DNA of 24,000 nucleotides from NCBI RefSeq assembly GCF_001424905.1, contig NZ_LMCU01000001.1, positions 1,148,641 to 1,172,640 on the forward strand. Reading direction: 5' to 3'. Position 1 is the first letter of the stretch, and the number at the start of each line of letters is the position of its first letter. The stretch is from Leifsonia sp. Root112D2 (GTDB lineage: Bacteria; Actinomycetota; Actinomycetes; Actinomycetales; Microbacteriaceae). Under the pieces are notes generated by a model. The model was given only the letters and a program-made list of their open reading frames with translations. It had not been told where the DNA came from and ran no database searches. This document shows, one piece after another, positions 8,197 to 14,632 of this stretch. A program made the translations under genes and the position numbers.

Positions 8197-10154
8197 TGCA
8201 ACGCGGCGGCGAGCTGCTGCGCGGTGTCGTAGCCGCTGAGTATGGCGTTGCGGATGGTGGCCGGCGACTTCTCGATGGCGCTGCCCGCTGCGAGAACCGC
8301 ATGCCGGATGCCCAGCCCTGCAGCAAGCTCGCCTTCGCTCTCGGCCGGCACCGTGCCGTGCGAGATCAGCAGCGGTCCCGGGGCGTCGAGCCACGCATCC
8401 GTGCCGTCGGCGTCGGTGATTCGAATGCGGCGCTCGGCAATTTCGGCGATGGTGCTGCCCAGGAGAATCCGCACATTCGGGTTCGCCATCAGGCGCGGCA
8501 GGGCCAGAATCTTGGCCCGGCGCCCCGAATCGGGCGCGAGCTGCTCCTGCTCGCCCACCAGCAGCACGGCCGTTCCGCGCGCAGCGAGCGTGTCGGCCAC
8601 CGACATGGCCACGCCGTCCGCGCCCCAGATGGTGCAGGCGGCGAGGGGCTCGTCCAGTTCGTGCGTCTCGAGCCAGTTCCGAACATCCATCACCGGTGAC
8701 TCGCCCGCCACGACGGTTTCGCTCAAGGCGGGCGCCTGCGGTCGGATGCCGCCGGTGGCCAGCACCACGGCATCCGGCTTCAGTGCCGTCAACAGCGACT
8801 CATCGACGTGTGTGCCGAGCGAGACGGTCACGTTCAGTCGCTCGAACTCGCGGGCCGACCAGTCGAGAAAGCGGTGAAAATCGGGGGTGGACTTCATCCG
8901 TGCCGCCTCGGCCATCTGGCCGCCGAGTGCCGCGCGCTCGTCGGCGAGTGTCACATCCGCCCCCGCCAGCGCGAGCTCGCGGGCCAGCGTCAGGCCGGCC
9001 GGGCCCGCACCCGCGACCACGACGCTGCTGCCCGTGCGCACCGTGGGGGTGGCGAGCGGAACGCGCCCGCGACCGACCGTGGGGTTGACGGTGCAGCCGA
9101 CGGGGCCGACGCCGAGATTGTCGATGCAGACGTTGCAAGCGATGCACGGGCGGTACTCGCCGCCCTCAAGGCAGGCGGTCGCGAACGTGGGGTCGGCGTG
9201 CAGGGCGCGGGCCAGACTCACGAAGTCTGCGGTGCCCTCGGCCAGCACTGTCTCGATGATCTCGGGGCTGTTCAGCCGCCCGGCCATGCCCAGTGGCTTG
9301 CCGAAGCGGCGGTATGCGGCGGCGTACTCGCTGAGCAGACCCGGCTGCCATTCGCCCGACTGCACGATCCACTCGCCGGCCTCGTAGCTGCCGGCCGAGA
9401 GGTCGAGAAAGTCGAGTGCGGCGAGGTCGGCGCGTGCCACGATGGCCAGCGTCTGCTCGGCGGTCAGCCCGCCCTCGGTGCCTTCGAGCACAGAAATGCG
9501 GATGCCGAGGGGCGTGTTCGGCGCGTTCTCACGCACCGCGGCAATCACCAGATTGAGAAACAGCGCGGAGTCGGCGAACTCGTCGCTGCGGTGGTTGTAC
9601 AGCGGCGACATGAACTGGTGCACGAGGTAGCCGTGCCCGCCATGGATGCTCAGCACGTCAATGCCGGCCGCAACACAGCGAGCCGCCGCAGTGCCGTATT
9701 CGGCGGCGAGTTCGTAGATCTCGGCCGTGGTCAGCTCACGCGGCATCTCGCCGCCGGCCACCGCGCACGGCACCGGTGAGGGCGCGACATTCGGATGCCC
9801 GCTCACCGTGCTCTGCGCGGTGCGGCCACCGTGGTTTAGCTCACAACCGACGAGCGCGCCCTCGGCGTGCATCGCGTCGGCGAGGTGGCGCAGGCCCGGA
9901 ATGCAGGAATCGTCGTGGGCACCGAGTTGGTGAGTGCGGCCTTTGCCATCGGCGCGCACGTAGGTGGCCTCGGCCATGACCAGGGCCACGCCAGCGGCGG
10001 CACGCTGCACCAGGTAGTCCTCGTAGACATCCGTCATGTGGCCCTCGGTGTCGCAGTAGTTGCGCTCCATCGGGGCCGAGACGAGCCGGTTGCGCAGCGT
10101 GAGGCGGCCCAGCGCAAGGGGCGATGCCGTGATGTTCGTGTGTGGCTGCGTCAT
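8193..10154 (-). CDS. FadH / BaiCD-type NADH:flavin oxidoreductase (OYE-like TIM barrel + 4Fe-4S + FAD/NAD(P) domain; 2,4-dienoyl-CoA-reductase family)
   Basis: OYE-like N-terminus LRNRLVSAPMERNY...GCELNHGGR. Cys cluster CIACNVCIDNLGVGPVGCTVNP. Second dinucleotide fold VVVAGAGPAGLTLARELALAG. The ATG overlaps the upstream stop (ATGA at 10151-10154). Confidence 0.9.
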   Translation of the reverse strand: MTQPHTNITASPLALGRLTLRNRLVSAPMERNYCDTEGHMTDVYEDYLVQRAAAGVALVMAEATYVRADGKGRTHQLGAHDDSCIPGLRHLADAMHAEGALVGCELNHGGRTAQSTVSGHPNVAPSPVPCAVAGGEMPRELTTAEIYELAAEYGTAAARCVAAGIDVLSIHGGHGYLVHQFMSPLYNHRSDEFADSALFLNLVIAAVRENAPNTPLGIRISVLEGTEGGLTAEQTLAIVARADLAALDFLDLSAGSYEAGEWIVQSGEWQPGLLSEYAAAYRRFGKPLGMAGRLNSPEIIETVLAEGTADFVSLARALHADPTFATACLEGGEYRPCIACNVCIDNLGVGPVGCTVNPTVGRGRVPLATPTVRTGSSVVVAGAGPAGLTLARELALAGADVTLADERAALGGQMAEAARMKSTPDFHRFLDWSAREFERLNVTVSLGTHVDESLLTALKPDAVVLATGGIRPQAPALSETVVAGESPVMDVRNWLETHELDEPLAACTIWGADGVAMSVADTLAARGTAVLLVGEQEQLAPDSGRRAKILALPRLMANPNVRILLGSTIAEIAERRIRITDADGTDAWLDAPGPLLISHGTVPAESEGELAAGLGIRHAVLAAGSAIEKSPATIRNAILSGYDTAQQLAAALH

Positions 10155-11812
10155 CGCATCCGCTCCTTCTGGGGTGTTTCGGCTTCATCGGCACGGTACT
10201 CGCTCAGGTATTCACCCACACTGAAGGCTCGGGTGATTGCCGAGCCCAGGGTGGCACCGCCGCCGGGGTAGGCGCCGCGAAAGACCGTCGCCGAGCAGTT
10301 TCCTGCCGCGAAGAGTCCCTCGATAGCGTGACCGTCACGCCCGAGCATGCGCCCGTGCGCGTCGACCTGGATGCCGCCGGCCGTGCCGAGCACGCCGGCG
10401 TGAATCTCGACGGCATAGAACGGGGCCGTGGACAACGGGGCGAGGCAGGGGTTGGGCAGATTGTTCGGATCGCCGAGGTGCCTGTCTTCGGGCGCATCGC
10501 CGCGGCCGAATGCGCTGTCGTGCCCGGTCGCGGCATCCGCGTTGAAGGTGGCAACAGTGGCCTCGAGGCCGGCGCGATCGATGCCGCAGAGCTCGGCGAG
10601 GGCACCCAGGCTGTCGGCCCGCAGCATCCACTCCTCGGCGATTCCCGGCGTGGAGCCGGCCACCGAATAGCACTGCAGGTAGCCGGAATCGAAGACGAGC
10701 CAGGCCGGATTGTTCTGTTGCCGGCTCGTGCCCGGATCGACGTTGGCGAACACGCGCGTGAGGTCGTGGTAATTCAGCGCCTCGTTCACGAAGCGTCGCC
10801 CGCGGGCGTTCACGGTGATGGAGCCCGGCAGTGTCATCTCGACATTGGCCATGCGGCCGGAGGGCTGGTCGTCGTAACGCTGCGTGGGTGCGGCGATGAC
10901 CGGCACGCCCCAGATCGCCGTCATCTCATCCATCGCCGCGCCGGCGCCGAGGGCGAGCATCAGCCCGTCACCCTCATTGCTCGGTGCGCTGATCGGGGTG
11001 ATCGGCATTGGCAGCAGAGCTTCGCGAAGGTGTCTGCTCCACTCGAAGCCACCGGATGCGACGACCACGTTCGTCGCTGCCACGCTGGCCTCGCGGTCGT
11101 TCCCAGCGTCGTTCACGGTGAGGCGCCACCCGCCCGATTCGTCCCGCTCCAGCGCGGTCACCCGGGCATCGCGCGCGAGGTCGATTCCGCGGTCGATGGC
11201 CGAGGCCAGAAGGGCCGCCACGAGGGCGCCACCCATGGTGCGGATGCCGGCCTCGCGACGTTCGCGCAGCATCCGCTCGTCGACCGGGGCACCCCGCAGC
11301 GCATCGCGTTCGTTCATGCTGATCGGTGGAAAGTAGCTGGGCGGGCGAATGGCCTCGGCCAGACCGGGGACCGCCGCCGGGTCGAACGGGTCATTGTCGA
11401 GACCGCGACCCACGGCCGCTCCCGGCCAGTCCAGGTGATAGTCGGGCCGGGCGAGCGGGGTGAAGCTGACCCGCGTCTTGTCGACCAGATAGCGCACGGC
11501 GCGGGGCGCGGTACCGATGTACCAGCGCATCTCCGCTTCACTCATGCGCGGGCCGGCCGCTGCGTTCAGATAGGCGAGGGCTGCGTCATCGCTGTCGGCA
11601 AAGCCGGCCTCGTTCATCAGATGGTTGCACGGCGCCCACATCACGCCGCCGGAGAGCGCCGTCGTTCCCCCGAATTTCGCAGCCTTCTCCAGCACGAGAA
11701 CGCGGCGGCCTCCGTCGGCGGCACGGATCGCAGCGACGAGCCCTGCCGCTCCGCTGCCGATCACGACAACATCGTACGAGGCACCGAGCTCGGTCAGCGG
11801 GCATCCGATCAT
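10151..11812 (-). CDS. FAD-dependent oxidoreductase, FAD_binding_2 / KstD-like flavoprotein (paralog of 2602..4437)
   Basis: YDVVVIGSGAAGLVAAIRAADGGRRVLVLEKAAKFGGTTALSGGVMWAP, and the C-terminal GLFAAGNCSATVFRGAYPGGGATLGSAITRAF. The ATG overlaps the upstream stop (ATGA at 11809-11812). Confidence 0.85.
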   Translation of the reverse strand: MIGCPLTELGASYDVVVIGSGAAGLVAAIRAADGGRRVLVLEKAAKFGGTTALSGGVMWAPCNHLMNEAGFADSDDAALAYLNAAAGPRMSEAEMRWYIGTAPRAVRYLVDKTRVSFTPLARPDYHLDWPGAAVGRGLDNDPFDPAAVPGLAEAIRPPSYFPPISMNERDALRGAPVDERMLRERREAGIRTMGGALVAALLASAIDRGIDLARDARVTALERDESGGWRLTVNDAGNDREASVAATNVVVASGGFEWSRHLREALLPMPITPISAPSNEGDGLMLALGAGAAMDEMTAIWGVPVIAAPTQRYDDQPSGRMANVEMTLPGSITVNARGRRFVNEALNYHDLTRVFANVDPGTSRQQNNPAWLVFDSGYLQCYSVAGSTPGIAEEWMLRADSLGALAELCGIDRAGLEATVATFNADAATGHDSAFGRGDAPEDRHLGDPNNLPNPCLAPLSTAPFYAVEIHAGVLGTAGGIQVDAHGRMLGRDGHAIEGLFAAGNCSATVFRGAYPGGGATLGSAITRAFSVGEYLSEYRADEAETPQKERMR

Positions 11813-12861
11813 GGTCGGGATGCCGGCATGTCGATGGCCACCTTGCCCACCCGCTCGGTGCGTGAACGCATGGTCTCGAAGGCCGTGCCCAGATCGTCGA
11901 AGTCGAAGCGGTGCGTGATGAGACTGCGGGCCTCGCTCTGGTGCAGGTCGATCATCTCGAGGGCCTCACCGATGAGATTCATGCTGTTGCGGCTGCCGAT
12001 CAGATCGACCTCCTTGATGGGCACGACGCGCATGGAGAGCTGCGCCTCGCGGTCGGAGATGCCGACGAGAACGATGCGTCCCGTGGTCGTGACGATGCCG
12101 AGCGCGTTCTGCAGCGAGGAGGGCTGGCCTGTCGCCTCGATCACGAGGGAGGGGCCGTCACCGTCGGTCCACTCGGAGATCATGGCGGCCGTCTGCGCGG
12201 AGGGGAACTCGCTCGCCGGATCGATCAGAATCGTGTCGAGCGCGCCGAACTGGCGCGCGAAGGCGCAGCGTTCTTCCACGGTGTCCGCCGCGATGACGTG
12301 CACGCCCAAATCGCTGAGATACATGGTGGCGAGCAGGCCGATGGGGCCGCTGCCCAGAACCAGGGCCTTCTCTCCGGCGACGGGGCGGCCGCGGTTCACC
12401 GCCTGCATGGCGATGCTCATGGGCTCGCACAGCGGGGCGATCTCCAGGGGCAGATTGGCCGGAACCGGGTAGAGCTTCTCGAGCGGGATCGACATGAGCG
12501 TGGCCAGCGCGCCGTCTTCGTAGCATCCGTAGATCGACATGTGCGTGCACGCATTCACACGGCCGGCACGGCAGGCGTAGCAGTTGCCGCAGTAGAACAT
12601 GGGGGAGACGGCGACGCGATCGCCGACAGAGAACGGCGAGCTCGCGGCATCCGCCTCGGTCAGTTGCTCGATGACGCCGACGAACTCGTGGCCCTGGATG
12701 ATGGGCAGATCGGTGGCGTAGTCGTCCTCCCAAATGTGCAGATCCGTGCCACACAGCGTGACGTGCCGGATGCTCACCAGCGCGTGACCGGCGGAGGCCT
12801 CCGGATCGGGGCGGTTCTGGTATTCGATTCGCTCTTTGGAGACGGTGACAGCTGCGAGCAC
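11809..12861 (-). CDS. Zinc-dependent medium-chain alcohol/polyol dehydrogenase (MDR family)
   Basis: Taken from track ORF 11809..12951. GTG at 12861-12859 lies 4 nt after the YciI stop. Motifs CGTDLHIW, GHEFVGVIE, structural-zinc CGNCYACRAGRVNAC and Rossmann LVLGSGPIGL. Confidence 0.85.
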   Translation of the reverse strand: MLAAVTVSKERIEYQNRPDPEASAGHALVSIRHVTLCGTDLHIWEDDYATDLPIIQGHEFVGVIEQLTEADAASSPFSVGDRVAVSPMFYCGNCYACRAGRVNACTHMSIYGCYEDGALATLMSIPLEKLYPVPANLPLEIAPLCEPMSIAMQAVNRGRPVAGEKALVLGSGPIGLLATMYLSDLGVHVIAADTVEERCAFARQFGALDTILIDPASEFPSAQTAAMISEWTDGDGPSLVIEATGQPSSLQNALGIVTTTGRIVLVGISDREAQLSMRVVPIKEVDLIGSRNSMNLIGEALEMIDLHQSEARSLITHRFDFDDLGTAFETMRSRTERVGKVAIDMPASRP

Positions 12862-12865
12862 GGGG

Positions 12866-13168
12866 TCAGCGGGCAATCTCGCCGAAGGCGATGTTCCACT
12901 CGGCGATCTCGCGGCGGGCGACGACGCCGTTCTGCATGAACGGCTCGCCATCCATCAGACGGGTGACGTCGTCGATCGATTCGCCGCTGACGATGAGCAG
13001 CGCGCCGGCAGCCACGCCGCTCGCCTCGTCGGCGAGCACCCGGCCCGAGAGAAGCAGGCGCTTGGCTTCGAACTGTGCGGTGAGGAACTGCATGTGCGCC
13101 TCGCTGTACGGCGCTTTGGCGGCCTCGGAATTCTCGCCATATGTGTATCTGATCGCGAAGGTGGCCAC
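12866..13168 (-). CDS. YciI-like small protein (dimeric alpha/beta barrel)
   Basis: 100 aa. GTG start with a strong GGGAGAGGA SD upstream. The pattern H-x2-F...LLLSGRV...GALLIVSGESIDDV...DPF-like EPFMQNGV...W is typical of the YciI family. Confidence 0.7.
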   Translation of the reverse strand: MATFAIRYTYGENSEAAKAPYSEAHMQFLTAQFEAKRLLLSGRVLADEASGVAAGALLIVSGESIDDVTRLMDGEPFMQNGVVARREIAEWNIAFGEIAR

Positions 13169-13221
13169 GCGCCGTCCTCTCCCTTGAAGTGCACAGTTGA
13201 TGACTCCACACTGCCAAAGGG

Positions 13222-13251
13222 ATTACCGCGCGTCTATAGCATTATTACCGC
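13222..13251. promoter_or_regulatory. Direct repeat ATTACCGC x2 (13222-13229, 13244-13251; 22-bp spacing) upstream of the YciI operon; candidate operator
   Basis: Exact 8-mers spaced two helical turns apart in the AT-richer leader, 55-100 bp upstream of the first gene of the - strand operon. Confidence 0.25.
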
Positions 13252-13302
13252 ACGATTATGTGTGAATAGCGCCTAATGGATGCGGATGATTGACGATTTG
13301 GG

Positions 13303-13323
13303 CGTGACCGGCGGTGGGTCACG
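13303..13323 (-). terminator. Small hairpin immediately after the Fic stop codon
   Basis: CGTGACC (13303-13309) pairs with GGTCACG (13317-13323): 7-bp stem, 7-nt loop, no U-tract. Confidence 0.3.
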
Positions 13324-13324
13324 A

Positions 13325-14443
13325 TCAGAACAGCGTTGCATCCAATTCGGGTAATGCGGAGTCAGCGCTTGTGAGCAGGTCGAGGAACGCGACATTGATA
13401 AAGAGGCGCTCGCGCCCCATCTTCATGTCGTGAAGCGCTCCGGCATCAACGAGCGCATTCAACCACCCTGTGGCGGTCGGTCGGGAGACCCCGCATCTGT
13501 CCATGACATTCGAGATTCGACAGTAGGGCTGCTCGAACATGACGTCGAGAAGGTCTTTGTTTGCGCCACCAGAGGTGACGCGACGTATCTGTTCTTGTGC
13601 GCGCACCTGGAGCTCATGAATCGCATCGATTTTCCTTACCGTCGATGTGGCGGTTTGACGAAGCCCTTCAATGATGAAGAGAACCCATTCTTCCCAGGCC
13701 CCGTGCGCAGTTACTTCCAGCAGCAAGCGGTAATACTCTGATCTGTTTTCAATCACATATCTCGAAAGATAGAGGATTGGCTGATTCAGCACCCCGGCAT
13801 CGATGAGGAGCAAAACGTTGAGGATGCGTCCCGTTCGGCCATTGCCATCGGCGAATGGGTGAATCGCTTCGAACTGATAGTGCGCAAGCGCCATTCGCAC
13901 AATGGGGTCGAGGCCAGGGGACGAGTGGATGAATTGCTCCCACGCCGAGAGTTTGTCCCGGATGAGGTTTTCACCCGTTGGCGGCGTATATATCGCCTGT
14001 TTGGTCACGGGATTTCCGATAAATGTGCCCGGAAGACGACGGAGTCCCATGTCTCTCGAGTGAATGTTGGAACATACCTCGATGGCCGTTGTCACCGACA
14101 GCGGTCGTGTCGCCAAACTCTCGATCCCGCTGAAGAGCGCGGAACGATATCGCAACGTTTCCTTTGTTTCGGGGCTTGTCGCGGCTGCTTCATCGTCCGC
14201 GAATCGGAAAAGGTCGTCGGCTGTCGTGACGATGTTCTCGATCTCTGAACTCGCCTGGGCTTCGAGGAGCGGAATGGCGTTGATGAGGACTGTCGGGTTG
14301 GGAATCCTTCGGGCCGCTTGATCGAGGGACGCGAGAGCCGCCCGTGCCTCGACTGTGGCTTTGAGTACGCTTTTCGTTTCGATGTCGCCGGCCGGCGGCA
14401 GGGGAGGCAGCTCGTTATAGGGCTGGTTCGGATGCCACGTCAT
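13325..14443 (-). CDS. Fic family protein (class II; Fic_N + Fic core + C-terminal winged helix), AMPylase-type
   Basis: Canonical Fic motif HPFADGNGRTGR (13826-13861). N-terminal inhibitory-helix motif SSEIEN, i.e. [ST]xxxE[GN] (14234-14251). The Fic_N start is MTWHPNQPYNELPPLPP. ATG at 14443 is preferred over the TTG at 14449. Confidence 0.9.
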   Translation of the reverse strand: MTWHPNQPYNELPPLPPAGDIETKSVLKATVEARAALASLDQAARRIPNPTVLINAIPLLEAQASSEIENIVTTADDLFRFADDEAAATSPETKETLRYRSALFSGIESLATRPLSVTTAIEVCSNIHSRDMGLRRLPGTFIGNPVTKQAIYTPPTGENLIRDKLSAWEQFIHSSPGLDPIVRMALAHYQFEAIHPFADGNGRTGRILNVLLLIDAGVLNQPILYLSRYVIENRSEYYRLLLEVTAHGAWEEWVLFIIEGLRQTATSTVRKIDAIHELQVRAQEQIRRVTSGGANKDLLDVMFEQPYCRISNVMDRCGVSRPTATGWLNALVDAGALHDMKMGRERLFINVAFLDLLTSADSALPELDATLF

Positions 14444-14473
14444 ATGCAAACTCTATGACCACATTCGAGAAAC

Positions 14474-14502
14474 GTGTAAAATTTTAGCCATATTTTTTAC
14501 AC
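14474..14502. promoter_or_regulatory. Inverted repeat GTGTAAAA-N13-TTTTACAC in the AT-rich Fic upstream region (candidate operator/promoter)
   Basis: 8-bp perfect arms at 14474-14481 and 14495-14502, 30-60 bp upstream of the Fic start. The region is AT-rich with TAAAAT-like -10 candidates on the - strand. Confidence 0.3.
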
Positions 14503-14632
14503 ATCAACGACATGTGCTCAATCATTTGGCATGTCCTCGCACACTGTCTCCTCAGCGACCAAGCCCTCGGTGTCATCGTCACTTGGGGCAGATTGATCAT
14601 GACGGTACCGGGCAGGCGGCTCGTGTGCCGCG

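Noticed and set aside
14484-14600. A 38-codon Cys-containing small ORF (MINLPQVTMTPRAWSLRRQCARTCQMIEHMSLMCKKYG) on the - strand between the molybdoenzyme and Fic genes. I considered it as a possible Fic partner or antitoxin.
   Set aside because: It has no SD upstream of its ATG. It runs through the probable Fic promoter and the dyad. The Fic protein already carries its own inhibitory helix (class II), so no separate antitoxin is expected. Ribosome profiling would be needed to revive the idea.
13169-14632. Possible mobile-element boundaries (direct repeats, att sites, integrase or transposase) around the Fic islet.
   Set aside because: Only trivial short similarities exist between the flanks, such as GATTGA-type hexamers. 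No recombinase ORF or tRNA gene is present. The stretch is reported only as a compositional islet, not as a mobile element.
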